NCBI GenBank assembly: GCA_965213925.1
Contig: OZ243927.1
Span: forward strand, 4,032,001 to 4,096,000
DNA length: 64,000 bases
Source of the DNA: Trueperaceae bacterium
GTDB taxonomy: Bacteria > Deinococcota > Deinococci > Deinococcales > Trueperaceae
Reading direction: 5' to 3'
The position numbers and the translations under genes were made by a program. The notes under the pieces were generated by a model. The model was not told the origin of the DNA. It did no database searches and saw only the letters and a list, made by a program, of their open reading frames with translations. Of this stretch, positions 48,023-58,623 are shown piece after piece (the stretch's first letter is position 1; each line of letters opens with the position of its first letter).

Positions 48023-48816
48023 TCTAGCACCGTTCTTAGCTCGAGTCCCTCCAAGAGCGACTCGTGGAGCGCGCCGTTCGAGGAGACGAGCACCTTGTCC
48101 TCGACGTTATAGGGTTCCCCGGCGGGTCCGCTCACGCGCCCGCCCGCCTCTTCGAGGATGAGCACGCCCGCCGCCACGTCCCACGGGTGGAGCCTGAGGT
48201 CCCAAAACCCGTCGAGCCGCCCGCACGCGACGTAGCAGAGGTCTAAAGCGGCGGCTCCGGGGCGGCGAATCGCGCGGCAGCGGTGCATCATGCGCGCGAA
48301 AACCTCGATGTTGTCCGAGGCGGTTTCAGGGTTGTAGGGGAAGCCGGTGGCGAGCATGGCGTTTCTGAGCACGTCCTCGCTCGTCACCCGGATCGGCGCG
48401 CCGTTCATCGTCGCGCCCTCGCCCTTAACGGCTGTAAAGAGTTCGTCCCGGAACGAATCGAGCACCACGCCTACCTGCAGTTCGCCTTCAACCTCTAACC
48501 CAATGGAGACGCAGTAGAAGGGGAAACCGTGCGCGTAGTTAAGCGTGCCGTCTAAAGGGTCTACAATCCAGCGGTGGCTCGCCTCCTCGCCGGATGTTCT
48601 ACCCTGACCTTCCTCTTCGCCTAAAACGGTGTGCTCCGGGTAGTCGCCCAGCAAAATCTCGCGGATGGTCGCCTCGCTCTCCTTGTCCACGCGGGTGACG
48701 AGGTCGGTCTCGGTCGTTTTAGTCTGGATGCCCAAATCGTCACTGTTGGCGCTTCGCTGGTGAATCTTAGCGGCGGCTTGGGCAGCGCGCAGGGCGGTAC
48801 GGAGGTAGTCGTTCAT
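48019..48816 (-). CDS. suhB: Inositol monophosphatase family protein
   Basis: DLVT, GEE, WIVDPLDGTLNY, GAAALDL, WDVAAG; leaderless TATAGT-N6-ATG start. Confidence 0.92.
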   Translation of the reverse strand: MNDYLRTALRAAQAAAKIHQRSANSDDLGIQTKTTETDLVTRVDKESEATIREILLGDYPEHTVLGEEEGQGRTSGEEASHRWIVDPLDGTLNYAHGFPFYCVSIGLEVEGELQVGVVLDSFRDELFTAVKGEGATMNGAPIRVTSEDVLRNAMLATGFPYNPETASDNIEVFARMMHRCRAIRRPGAAALDLCYVACGRLDGFWDLRLHPWDVAAGVLILEEAGGRVSGPAGEPYNVEDKVLVSSNGALHESLLEGLELRTVLE

Positions 48817-48901
48817 GCCCCCACTATACGCGCAGGAGAGTTTGCAACAAAGCCTACCAAAGAGGTCTGCGCGCGTCGGCGTGAGGTAAGCTCGTAGCGG
48901 T

Positions 48902-49411
48902 ATGGCGTCGAAGCAGCCCTCATCCGACCAGCAGCGAGCCTCGCGGCGGCGTCTCTCCTTGCGGAGCGAGTTCACGCTGGCGCTGCTACCGACGGCAACT
49001 GTGCTGGCGGTGTTCGCCTTTGTGGAAGCCGTGAGCGAGCAGCGGCTGCTGTTCGCGTCGCTCGCCTCGAGCGCGTTTCTCATCTATCTGGACCCGCAGC
49101 ACGGCATGAACCGAACCCGCACACTCCTCACTGCGCAACTGAGCGCGGCGGCGCTGGGTTTCGTGATGGACGTGCTGTTCGGGGAGGGCTACTTAGCGGG
49201 CGGACTGGCGATGGTTTTCACCATCACCCTGATGGTCCTTTTCGACGCCATGCACCCGCCCGCCATCTCCACCTCGCTCATCTTCGCCTTTCGCTCGCCT
49301 GGTCCAAACAACGTGCTCCTCTTCGCGCTTGCGGTCGGGGTGACGGTGGTGCTCTTGGGGCTCGAGCGCTCAGCCGTGTGGCTCTTGGCGCGACGGGAAA
49401 AGGCGCGATGA
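48902..49411 (+). CDS. HPP family membrane protein
   Basis: ASLASSAFL, MHPPA; TM segments. Confidence 0.85.
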   Translation: MASKQPSSDQQRASRRRLSLRSEFTLALLPTATVLAVFAFVEAVSEQRLLFASLASSAFLIYLDPQHGMNRTRTLLTAQLSAAALGFVMDVLFGEGYLAGGLAMVFTITLMVLFDAMHPPAISTSLIFAFRSPGPNNVLLFALAVGVTVVLLGLERSAVWLLARREKAR

Positions 49412-49434
49412 TATATTTGAGCCGGGGGTTCTAC

Positions 49435-49974
49435 ATGGCACGAGAAGAGAGCAGATCTCAGACAGATACGCCAAACCATCTTTCGCAACACGAACGTTCC
49501 GGCGAGTCTTGGGCGAGCTTTCTGCTGCCCACCGCGCTGATTTTCGGCTTTGTCCTACTACTCAATTTAAGCGCGGAGGGCACGGGCGCAGAAGAGGTGA
49601 CGAGCCCGCTGGAGCACTGGCTCGAGCTGATCGTCGACTATCTCGCTTTCGGCGCGGAGATTGCGGCGGCGCTCGTGATCGGCGTCGCGGTGGTGCAAGG
49701 TATCTTCCGGTACCTAAAAAACCTCTTCGCGTCCTCTATAGACACCGCCGAAGCGACGGAGAATATCCGGCTCAAGCTGGGGCAGGTGCTGGCGCTGGGG
49801 CTAGAATTCACCGTCGCCAGCGATATCTTGCGCACCGCCGTCGCGCCGACTCGAGAGGATATCTTGATTCTAGGCGCGGTCGTGCTCCTGCGCACGCTGC
49901 TCAACTACTTCTTAGACCGAGAAATCCGTGAGGAGCGGGCGAAGCTGGAGGCGAAGGGTCGCGCAGCGACTTGA
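49435..49974 (+). CDS. DUF1622 family membrane protein
   Basis: RLKLG...LGLEFTVASDILRTAVAPT...LRTLLNYFL. Confidence 0.85.
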   Translation: MAREESRSQTDTPNHLSQHERSGESWASFLLPTALIFGFVLLLNLSAEGTGAEEVTSPLEHWLELIVDYLAFGAEIAAALVIGVAVVQGIFRYLKNLFASSIDTAEATENIRLKLGQVLALGLEFTVASDILRTAVAPTREDILILGAVVLLRTLLNYFLDREIREERAKLEAKGRAAT

Positions 49975-50014
49975 GGCGGTAAAGTTACGTAGTAACGAAC
50001 GTGGACGGGGCTAT

Positions 50015-50257
50015 TACATTGTCAACGAGGTATTGACACCCACTTACATGTCACCCCGAGCCCTACGGTAAACGTAGGATAGGCTCTGCGAGGGGTCTCG
50101 TTTAACTACGCTAAAACTGCGTTTGCGTAGCCCTCCTTCGGGAGAACTTCCGTTCTCGGCAAGAGGAGAAAGCGAATGCAGAGATTCTTTCGCGGAGTCT
50201 ATCCTATGCTCGCGTAGGGCTCAGAATGACATAGTTCGTTGTTTAGCTGACGGTACA
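50015..50257. mobile_element. MITE family A copy (reverse orientation relative to 2510)
   Basis: Left end TACATTGTCAA; core TGTCACCCCGAG...GGGTCTCG...GCAGAGATTCTT...TCAGAATGACA; right end degenerate. Confidence 0.75.
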
Positions 50258-50338
50258 CTCCATCCGCGTCCACCTACATAGAGTCAAAAGGTTGCATGCC
50301 ACCCTTCTTAGTGATGCGCGGTTTGCTAGCATGGAGGG

Positions 50339-52723
50339 GTGAATTTCATTAGTTTTGGCGCACCTTGGGCGCTGCTCGCGCTGCTCGCGCTGCCCCTCTT
50401 GCCGCGTAGGGGCGCGTGGTGGTGGCGCTACGGCGCGCTCGCCCTGCTCGTCCTCGCGCTCGCGCAACCCGCTATCATGCGCCCGAGCCAGCGCGTCGCG
50501 GTGCTCGTAGACGTGTCGCAGAGCGTAGGCGAGAGCGGCGTAGAGGCGCTGAGGACGTTTGACTTTAGGGGGCTCGAGGCCCCGCCTACGGTCTTCACCT
50601 TTGCGGGCGACACGACCCTCACCGAAGACGCCGCGCTTACAGCAAACCGCGCAGACAGGGCCCAGAGCGACCTCGCGAGGGCATTGCAGGTCGCCGCCGC
50701 CTCGGGCGCGGGGCGCGCCCTGCTCATCAGCGACGGCGCGCAGTCGCGCGGCGACGCGCGGCTCGCGCTGCCCGGTTTTCCGGTTGACACCTACCGCACG
50801 TCTGAGCAGAGCAACGTGCGCTTAGTCAGCTTGCTCGCCCCCGAGCAGGTGAGCCCCGGCGAGACGGTGGAGGTCATCGCGGTCGTCGAGAGCGACCGCG
50901 CGGCGGAGGTGACGCTCGAGGCGAGCGTCAACGAGACGGCGTTAGAGCCCATCCGCGCCTCCGTGGACGAAGGGCGCACGCCCCTGCGCTTCTCGCTGCC
51001 CGTCGGCGACGAGGGGAACCTGAGCGTGGACGCGGCTATAGAGGTCGACTTCGCGCAACCGACCGCGGACGACGCCCAGCGCTTAGACATCGCCGTCGCG
51101 GAGGAGGAGCCCGTCTTGGTCGTGGGCGACCCCGCCACCGCATCCTTGCTGGAAGCGCAAGGGTTCGCCGTGACGCGGGGCGAGCCGAGCAGCGTCACCT
51201 CGCCGCTCAACTACAGCGCCATCGTCCTGCGCGAGAGCGCGGAGCCCTTCACGCCGGGACAGCTCACCCTCTTGGAGCGTTATGTGAGCGACGGCGGCGG
51301 TTTGATGATGACGGGCGGCCCCGAGAGCTTTGGTCTGGGCGCGTGGTACCGCACGCCCGTCGAGGCGGTATTGCCGGTCAACACCGATTTGCGTACGAAC
51401 GTCGAACTCCCGCTCGTGGCGATGGTCATCGTCCTGGACCGCTCGCAGTCGATGAGCACGGGCAACCCGAGCAAAATAGACCTCGCTAAGGAGGGAGCCA
51501 TCGGCGTGGTCGAACTCGCTTACGAGAGAGACCTCTTAGGGCTCATCACCTTTAGCGACGAAGAGGAGTGGGCGTTCAGACCCCGCGAGGCGACCTCGCA
51601 GGGCAAGCGGGAGATGTTGGAGGCGATTTTAGACATCCCGACGCAAGGCGGGACGGTTTTAGAGCCCGCCTATCAGGAGGCGCTCAGCGCCCTGCGTGAG
51701 AGCGACGCGGCGATCAAACACGTCATCATCCTCTCGGACGGGCGGCTCAACGACGGGCGCGGTCCTTTCAGCGGCAGCGACGGCTTAAACTTCACGACGC
51801 TCGCGCAGCGCGGCGCGCAGGACGGCATCACCACCTCGGCGATCGCCATCGGTGACGGGGCGGACTTCGCGCGGCTGGAGAACATCGCCGACGCGGGCGC
51901 GGGGCGCTACTACGCCGCTCTGGACGTGAGCACGCTGCCGCGCATCTTCACGAGCGAAGCGCTGACCGCGACGCGCTCCTTGCTGCGCGAAGACCCCTTG
52001 CGCCCGACCCCGCGCGCCCACCCGTTAGCGCCGAACTTAGGCACGCCGCCCACCGTGAACGCCTACGTCGCGAGTTCGCTCAAGTCGGACGGCGAACTCA
52101 TCTTGGAGGGCGCGAACGGCGAGCCCATCTTGGCGGTGAGCCGCCAAGGGCTCGGGCGCAGCGCCGCGCTGACCACCGACCTCAACACCTTCGCGGGCGA
52201 CTTCGCGAGCTGGCCGGCGCTCCCCGGCGTGCTCGGCACGCTCACACGCTGGCTGCAGGCACGTCCGGCGGAATACTCCGCCACGGTGACGCCGCAAGGC
52301 GGCGGGCTCAGTGTGGTCGTGGACGCGGTGAAAGACGGGGAATACATCAACGACGAGCGGCTCTCGGTGCGCTATAACGGGGTGGAGAAAGACTTGGAGC
52401 AGGTCGCCCCAGGGCGCTACGAAGGGCGCTTGGACACGCCCGCCGAAGGGGGCACGCTGCTGGTCTCAAGCGGCGGTGATATCAAAGCCAGGGCGCAAGT
52501 AGGCGACCCCAAAGGCGAATTCAATATGTCGGGCGCGGAGAGCTTGCTGCGCGAGGTCGCGCAGCGCAGCGGCGGCGAGGTCATCGAGGAGGCGGGGCTC
52601 TACGCGCCCGACATGCCCCGGCAGCGCACCGCCATCTGGCACTGGCTGGCGGCGCTCGGGCTCGGGGTGTTTATGCTCGAGCTGCTCTTACGCCGCTTTG
52701 GGCTGCCTAACTTCAGGGGTTAG
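50339..52723 (+). CDS. VWA domain-containing membrane-anchored protein with glutamine amidotransferase-like domain
   Basis: DVSQS and DRSQS MIDAS motifs, ISDG/LSDG, GGGLMMTGGPESFGLG; terminal TM segments. Confidence 0.85.
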   Translation: MNFISFGAPWALLALLALPLLPRRGAWWWRYGALALLVLALAQPAIMRPSQRVAVLVDVSQSVGESGVEALRTFDFRGLEAPPTVFTFAGDTTLTEDAALTANRADRAQSDLARALQVAAASGAGRALLISDGAQSRGDARLALPGFPVDTYRTSEQSNVRLVSLLAPEQVSPGETVEVIAVVESDRAAEVTLEASVNETALEPIRASVDEGRTPLRFSLPVGDEGNLSVDAAIEVDFAQPTADDAQRLDIAVAEEEPVLVVGDPATASLLEAQGFAVTRGEPSSVTSPLNYSAIVLRESAEPFTPGQLTLLERYVSDGGGLMMTGGPESFGLGAWYRTPVEAVLPVNTDLRTNVELPLVAMVIVLDRSQSMSTGNPSKIDLAKEGAIGVVELAYERDLLGLITFSDEEEWAFRPREATSQGKREMLEAILDIPTQGGTVLEPAYQEALSALRESDAAIKHVIILSDGRLNDGRGPFSGSDGLNFTTLAQRGAQDGITTSAIAIGDGADFARLENIADAGAGRYYAALDVSTLPRIFTSEALTATRSLLREDPLRPTPRAHPLAPNLGTPPTVNAYVASSLKSDGELILEGANGEPILAVSRQGLGRSAALTTDLNTFAGDFASWPALPGVLGTLTRWLQARPAEYSATVTPQGGGLSVVVDAVKDGEYINDERLSVRYNGVEKDLEQVAPGRYEGRLDTPAEGGTLLVSSGGDIKARAQVGDPKGEFNMSGAESLLREVAQRSGGEVIEEAGLYAPDMPRQRTAIWHWLAALGLGVFMLELLLRRFGLPNFRG

Positions 52724-53250
52724 CGGATGAGCTTTATTCTAAAGTACTGCTCTTGAATACACTGTTAATTAAGTATTGCTACTTATTGTCATGTCACCCT
52801 GAGCCGAAGGCGTGAGGGTCTCGTCTCGCAATCTCTGCAAGAGAAGTCAGCAAGGGCAGAGATTCTTACACTCCGCTGCGCTCCGTTCAGAATGACATTA
52901 CTCATCTTTTACTTAACACTGTATTGAAAATGCGTCGCGGAAAGAATCTCGTCATCGGTGAGGGAGAGGTTTTTCGGGGCGACGACGAGCTTGTCGTCAT
53001 CGTCGTCGGTTCGGCGGAGTAAAGCCACGCAAAGGCCTTGGAAGGACTCGAGCGGTTCGTCAACCCCTAAAATATAGGCGTCGACCTCTCCCCCATCCGG
53101 CGCGCACGTATTTGGCACGAAACCGTAGTTGACGCGGTAGATGAGGTCGGGGTGACGCGGGTGAACGCTGCCGAGGGGTCTGTCGACGCGGACCTCGACC
53201 TCTCGCCCGAGCAAGCTGTGCGGGTCCGGCTGGTATTTACTCGTCCGCAT
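52720..53250 (-). pseudogene. Inorganic pyrophosphatase interrupted by a MITE
   Basis: DRPLGS, YRVNYG, DGGEVDAY, DDKLVV; C-terminal EQYFRIKLIR* lies beyond the insertion. Confidence 0.85.
52758..52923. mobile_element. MITE family A copy, 166 bp, with 5-bp target-site duplication
   Basis: TTGAA|TACACTGTTAA ... TTAACACTGTA|TTGAA. Confidence 0.9.
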
Positions 53251-54382
53251 CTCGGCTGGATATAGGCTCGTCCACCTCGACTTTCATCACCTCGCGCAGC
53301 ACGTTGGTGGCGAAGGAGCCTTTGGGCAGAAAGAACGAGAGCCAGTAGCCGTCTTCGGTCGGCTCCACCTGGGCTTCGCTCAGCACCACACGGGTGATGC
53401 GGCGCGACCCTTTGCGGCTCCGAAAGTCCGCCCAGCGCAGCCCGAAATGCGTGAGCACCTCCTCCTCCAACGCGCCCGCCTCGCCTCCACTCACGCGCAC
53501 CTTTTTGCCGTAGAGGGGCTGCGTAGCGCTGATCTCCAACCGCGCTGCCCGTTCGTTCTCAACTAGAGCATCCTCCACCATAAAAACGCCGCCCGTATCG
53601 TGCTTTTTTGCCCAGTCGCCCGGCAAAACGCGCCCGTAAAGCCCGCGCCCTATGCGCAGTTTAAGCCCGTAGTTAAAAAGCTGCGACTGCAGCGCCGAAA
53701 CGAAAAAGCGCTTCAGGCGGTGACCGCCCGGCACCCATTCGCCGCGCACCAGTTTAAGCCCGTCCACTGCATTGTTGCCGAAACGCCCGAAGCGCTGTGG
53801 TCCGAAGTAGTTGGGGACGCCTTGCGCCTGGAGTCGGCCCAGCACTCGCTGCGCCCGCTCCGCCGCGTCCGGCTCGGCACCGCGCACCCTTATCCGGAAA
53901 TGGTTACCGAGCAGATGCCCGATGCCTAGCTTGTTTTTGTGCCGCGACCTCTCCAAAACCCGCACGCCCTCGACCTCGTTCAGCACCTCGAACGCCGCCG
54001 CGTGTCGGTTGGGTACGCTCAGCCACTGCTGCGTCAGCGCGTGTTTGTCTTTAAGCCCCGCCACGCCTATCTGCTTCTCTTCTAAGCCCGCGCCCTGCAA
54101 GGCGCTCACCAGGTCCCTCGTAGTGAGACCGCGCTTTTCGACCCAAGCGTAGGCGTGCGAGCCGTCTCCGTCCGGCAAGTAGAGCGGTTTTTCGGTCACG
54201 ACGAAATCTTCGGGTTCGTGGCGGACGCTGCCTCCTGTCCCGGCGATGTCGCCGCTCACTGCGGGCAGGTCCGCCCAGCGGAAGCGGAGCTTGGTGGTTT
54301 CCTCGAGCGTGACGCTGGACCTCTCCGCTCTGGACTCCTCTATCCCGGATGACGCTTCGGGCGGCTTTTCGGACTCAGACAT
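53237..54382 (-). CDS. truD: tRNA pseudouridine(13) synthase
   Basis: EDFVVTE, AGLKDKHALTQQW, GNHF, PNYFGPQRFG, LPKGSFAT. Confidence 0.95.
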   Translation of the reverse strand: MSESEKPPEASSGIEESRAERSSVTLEETTKLRFRWADLPAVSGDIAGTGGSVRHEPEDFVVTEKPLYLPDGDGSHAYAWVEKRGLTTRDLVSALQGAGLEEKQIGVAGLKDKHALTQQWLSVPNRHAAAFEVLNEVEGVRVLERSRHKNKLGIGHLLGNHFRIRVRGAEPDAAERAQRVLGRLQAQGVPNYFGPQRFGRFGNNAVDGLKLVRGEWVPGGHRLKRFFVSALQSQLFNYGLKLRIGRGLYGRVLPGDWAKKHDTGGVFMVEDALVENERAARLEISATQPLYGKKVRVSGGEAGALEEEVLTHFGLRWADFRSRKGSRRITRVVLSEAQVEPTEDGYWLSFFLPKGSFATNVLREVMKVEVDEPISSRDADE

Positions 54383-54400
54383 CGAAGCTTAGACCGCGCT

Positions 54401-55069
54401 TCAAACTTTGTCCGCGTCGTGCGCCTCTAAATGCTCTTGCATGAGCCGCCGCGCCAACTCGAAGCGTTCGACGAGGGAGGGGGTCTCGAGCATCTCCTGG
54501 CGCTCGTGGGCGGGCACCCGCAAGTTAGCGCAGATGAAGGACGCCTGGTACAAGAGGTCGTCGGGCAGCGCCTCCTCGATCTGCTTCAGGGCGTCGAAGG
54601 CGAAAAAGGTCTGCGCGTAGTTGCGGAAGGTGTCGAGCGTGTCCCAGGCGCTCACACGCTCTAGGTTGGGGTCGTCGCGCCTCAACGCCTCGGGCTTGTC
54701 CTCGCTGTAGTAGAGGTAGCGCGTCGAGCCGTCCGCTTCGGTCACGGCGAGCTGGTCCGCGAGTTCGACGCGGCAGCGCTCTTGCCCGTGCGTCAAGATG
54801 TTGTAGCTCCCGTCGGGGTTTTCCGAGACCGACAAGATATCGACGTAGGTGCCGATGTCGTACGTCACGGGTAAGATAGCGTCGTCCAGCGAGTCGCTAA
54901 GCTCAAACAAGGACGTCTGCTTGGCGAGCACGATGACGAGCCGCTGCTGGTTGTTCTCGACGCAGTCTTTGACCATCCGCTTGTAGCGCTCCTCGAAGAT
55001 GTAGAGCGGCAGCGTCATTCCGGGGAAGACCACCGTCTCGGGTAGGGGGAAGAGCGGGAGTTTAGCCAT
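54401..55069 (-). CDS. LON peptidase substrate-binding domain protein
   Basis: LPLFPL...VFPG...LYIFEERY; start reassigned to ATG 55069. Confidence 0.88.
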   Translation of the reverse strand: MAKLPLFPLPETVVFPGMTLPLYIFEERYKRMVKDCVENNQQRLVIVLAKQTSLFELSDSLDDAILPVTYDIGTYVDILSVSENPDGSYNILTHGQERCRVELADQLAVTEADGSTRYLYYSEDKPEALRRDDPNLERVSAWDTLDTFRNYAQTFFAFDALKQIEEALPDDLLYQASFICANLRVPAHERQEMLETPSLVERFELARRLMQEHLEAHDADKV

Positions 55070-55504
55070 GATCTTACGGTAGCAGGAAGGTCCTAAAAAA
55101 AGTGCAAGGTATGCAGTATTTACGGCGTCACCTGCGGCAGCGCTACAGTTCAGTATAAAAAGCAACGTGTGCCAAAGGGCGTTCTTTTGCTGGGCGCTGC
55201 TCAAACGTCGCAAAAGCAAGTCACGCGAAAGAGGTCGCGAAGAGTACTTTTAAGTGGCGGTTCCGACGGTCAACTTTGGCGGAGTAGCTAGCAGGGTAAC
55301 GGCGCGATATTCGAAGCCTAGCCTCAGGTTACGTGACCTCGATACAAGACGAAAAGCTGTGCCCTCCGAAGTCTTTGGTACGGCTTACGTAGATGCAGCC
55401 TTTGCCGCGGCGGAGACTCGCGCCGAAGTCTCGCCCGACTTAGGCTGCGTTTACATTTTGACGGCGCACAAGCTCATCGCCTTTAGAACGACTATAATAG
55501 AACG

Positions 55505-56317
55505 ATGAAACGTTCTTTCGGGCTGCTCTTTTTGAGCCTTGTATTGGTAGGCGCGTCGTGCAGCGCCCAAGAAGAATCGACCTCTTCTGAAGATTCGCCT
55601 ACGCCGCCGCCTACGGAAGTGGCGCGACTCGAGCCCCAAGTCTTGGGCTCTTACCCGCACGACTCAGATGCGTTTACGCAAGGGCTCTTATTCCACGATG
55701 ACCTCTTCTTTGAGAGCACGGGCTTGCGCGGACGCTCCTCATTACGTAAGGTCGAGCCGGAAACGGGCGAAGTTTTAGAGCAAATTAACATTCCTCAACC
55801 TTACTTTGCCGAAGGATTGGCGCTCGTGGACGACAGGCTCATCCAACTCACCTGGGAAGCGGGCGAGGCGTTCGTCTACACCCTCGACTTTGAGCAAACG
55901 GGGACGTTCAACTACACGGGCGAAGGCTGGGGGCTCTGCTATGACGGCGAGAGCCTCTACATGAGCGATGGCAGCGCGACGATCGACAAGCGTGACCCGG
56001 AGACGTTTGAACTCGAGGAAGAGGTTGCGGTGCGGCTGCGGGGTGCGCCCGTGGTGCGGCTCAATGAACTCGAGTGCGTAGAGAGTTCTATCTACGCCAA
56101 CGTGTGGCAAACGAACGACATCGTGAGGATCGACAAGGCGAGCGGGCAGGTTACGGCGATCATCGACGCTTCAGAGCTGCTGAGCGCAGAGGAGCGGGCG
56201 GAGTTAGAGGCGGGCGGCGTGCTTAACGGTATCGCCTACGACCCCGAAGCGGAAACTTTTTTCATCACGGGCAAGCTCTGGCCCAAAGTCTTTGAAGTAA
56301 ACTTTGTTCCTGAATAA
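55505..56317 (+). CDS. Glutaminyl-peptide cyclotransferase (lipoprotein)
   Basis: YPHD..AFTQGL, ESTG, FAEG, QLTW, EGWGL, LNELE, LNGIA, TGKLWP. Confidence 0.92.
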   Translation: MKRSFGLLFLSLVLVGASCSAQEESTSSEDSPTPPPTEVARLEPQVLGSYPHDSDAFTQGLLFHDDLFFESTGLRGRSSLRKVEPETGEVLEQINIPQPYFAEGLALVDDRLIQLTWEAGEAFVYTLDFEQTGTFNYTGEGWGLCYDGESLYMSDGSATIDKRDPETFELEEEVAVRLRGAPVVRLNELECVESSIYANVWQTNDIVRIDKASGQVTAIIDASELLSAEERAELEAGGVLNGIAYDPEAETFFITGKLWPKVFEVNFVPE

Positions 56318-56362
56318 TAACTTAGGAACGGTGTTCCAAGCTGAGGCGTGGTAAGTTAGTTT

Positions 56363-56977
56363 ATGAGCACACTGAATGCAGCACTTTTGAAACCGCTTTA
56401 TACGCAAACGGTTCGCGAGTGGCCCCTTATCGGTACGCCCGTCGCAGTGGCGGCGCGCTTCGAAGACGATTCGAAAAGCCGCTCTGAAGTCGCGGATCAG
56501 ATCATCGAATTCTACCTCTCACTATGTGGCACGACAGGCTTTGTCTGCGGCGTGCCCGGTCTCGCGGCTACGCCCGTGACGCTTCCCACTAACATTGTCG
56601 GCATCGCTTTTTTACAGCTCCACATGTGCGCCGCACTTGCGACCCTGGGCGGCTTCGACGCTCGCAGCAGCGCGGTGCGCGAGATGAGCGTGCGCTGTTT
56701 GCTAGGGGACAGCAAGGCGACGAGAGAGCGCGACGAAATCGAAGGCATCGCTAAGCGCGTCGCGACGAAGGTGGCGGAGCGCGGCGTCCGCGTCGCTACC
56801 GAACAGGCGCTAAAAGGCGCGTCTCAGGTGGTGCTGCGCCGGATTCCGCTCGTCGGCGGCGCTATCGGCTGCACGTCGGATGTACTCACGACGCGGCGCG
56901 TCGCTCACGCCGCGCGGCGGGCATTTTTAGAATCTGCGCCAGATTTGACGAAAGAACAAGAAGGCATCGCTGAGTAA
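56363..56977 (+). CDS. EcsC family protein
   Basis: TGFVCGVPG...PVTLP; RRIPLVGGAIG. Confidence 0.7.
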   Translation: MSTLNAALLKPLYTQTVREWPLIGTPVAVAARFEDDSKSRSEVADQIIEFYLSLCGTTGFVCGVPGLAATPVTLPTNIVGIAFLQLHMCAALATLGGFDARSSAVREMSVRCLLGDSKATRERDEIEGIAKRVATKVAERGVRVATEQALKGASQVVLRRIPLVGGAIGCTSDVLTTRRVAHAARRAFLESAPDLTKEQEGIAE

Positions 56978-56988
56978 GCGCGCGAGCG

Positions 56989-58623
56989 TCAAACTTTCTG
57001 CGTAGCGCTGACCTTCTCAGTCGCCCTTACGCCGCGCCGCCCGAAGCGCCGCGCGAGTTCTAACTCGCTTAGGACGAGCGCGGTGGGTCTACCGTGAGGA
57101 CACGCCCAGGGGGTTTCGCACTTCCCTAAGGCGTCGAGGAGGGTTTGTGCTTGGGCGTGCTCGAGCCTATGCCCTGCTTTTACCGCAGGCAGACACGCCA
57201 AGCGCCCTAACACCTTGCGCCACGCCTCGCCTGCGCTCCCTCTTCCTAAAGCGTCTACCACCACACCCCCGTAAAGCTCAGGATGACCGACTAAAAACGC
57301 AGGAACGGTGCGCAGTCGCCATCTGCCGCTGCCGAAGGGCTCTAACACGAGCCCTATTTCCGCCAACGCATCCCGCCGCTCCAGATACCGCGCCTCATCT
57401 TCAGGGGTAAGCGGTAAAAGCTCGGGAGAGGTCAGTTCCACGGGCGCTTCACGGCGGTAACGTTCTGCAAGTTCCTCGAACAAAATTCGCTCGTGCGCCG
57501 CGTGCTGGTCGATGACCCAGAGCTGCCCGGCCGCCTCCGCCAAGAGGTAAAGCTCTAAGTACGCGCCGACGTAGCGAAGCTCAGGGAAAGCGTGACGCGG
57601 CGCGGCGCTGACGCCTTGGACTGGGCTTAGGTCGGGTAAAGCGGGTGCGAGCGGATGGGCGCTGAGAGACGCCTCTACCGCCCCCTGCATAAACGCTGCA
57701 ACTTTTTCACGCTGCAAAAAGCGCACGCGACTCTTGTCCGGTGAGGTGTTGACTAAGACCTCTTCGGCGGGAAGCGTCAGGTTCAAGATTCCCACCGGAT
57801 AGTGACCGCTCGGCAAGAGTTCGCGGTAGGCGTTCATCACGGCTTTTAAGAGGTCGTCCGTCCACTCGACGGGACGCCCATTTACCGCCAGGAGAAGCCT
57901 ATCTCGGCGCGGGCGGGTCAGCTCGGGACGAGAGAGAAGACCGCGTAAGGTGTACGAAGATTGCTCTGCGTTTAGCTCTAAGAGCCGGTTCGCCGTCACC
58001 GGACCCCACAAGAACTTGACAGCTTCTGTGAAAGTTCCGCCTGCATACGTCCAGCGTTCTTCGTCGTCCGTGAAAAGCTTGAGCGTGAGGTCGGGGTGAT
58101 GCAGGAGGTAGCGGCTGAGGAGCAGGGCGGCTTTTTTGCCCTCGGTCGCAGGCGGCTCCAAAGCGCGGCGGCGAGCAGGGAGGTGCGCGAAGAGGTTCGT
58201 GACTTCGGCAGAGGTCCCGCTCGGTGCGGGGTGCGCGCGCTGGCTCACCGCGTCGCCTTCAGCGGTCAGGGTTGCGCCGCCGAGTTGATCCGTCGGGCGA
58301 CTCGTGAGGCTGAGGTGCGCCGCGTTTCTTACCGCGTAGAGTCCTTCGCCGCGAAAGCCTAAAGTCGAGATACCTTGAAGAGACTCGAGTTTCGACGTGC
58401 TGTGCGCTTCGACGGCTAAAGGGAGTTCCACTTCGGGAATCCCTGCGCCGTTGTCCCTGACTTTGATTTGCTCTATCCCGCCGCTATCTAAGGTGACTTC
58501 TAATCGCGTCGCTCCTGCGTCTAGCGCATTTTCCAGCAGCTCTTTAAGCACATCCACCGGAGCGCTAATCACCTCACCCGCTGCAATTTCACGAATAACG
58601 TCGGCAGGGAGTTTGCGAATCAT
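56989..58623 (-). CDS. mutL: DNA mismatch repair endonuclease MutL
   Basis: IAAGEVI, KELLENALDAGA, GFRGEGL, DQHAAHER, CPHGRP. Confidence 0.97.
   Translation of the reverse strand: MIRKLPADVIREIAAGEVISAPVDVLKELLENALDAGATRLEVTLDSGGIEQIKVRDNGAGIPEVELPLAVEAHSTSKLESLQGISTLGFRGEGLYAVRNAAHLSLTSRPTDQLGGATLTAEGDAVSQRAHPAPSGTSAEVTNLFAHLPARRRALEPPATEGKKAALLLSRYLLHHPDLTLKLFTDDEERWTYAGGTFTEAVKFLWGPVTANRLLELNAEQSSYTLRGLLSRPELTRPRRDRLLLAVNGRPVEWTDDLLKAVMNAYRELLPSGHYPVGILNLTLPAEEVLVNTSPDKSRVRFLQREKVAAFMQGAVEASLSAHPLAPALPDLSPVQGVSAAPRHAFPELRYVGAYLELYLLAEAAGQLWVIDQHAAHERILFEELAERYRREAPVELTSPELLPLTPEDEARYLERRDALAEIGLVLEPFGSGRWRLRTVPAFLVGHPELYGGVVVDALGRGSAGEAWRKVLGRLACLPAVKAGHRLEHAQAQTLLDALGKCETPWACPHGRPTALVLSELELARRFGRRGVRATEKVSATQKV

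Noticed and set aside
50015..52923. Composite transposon of two family A MITEs carrying the VWA gene
   Set aside because: The right copy has its own target duplication inside the PPase gene, so it inserted independently.
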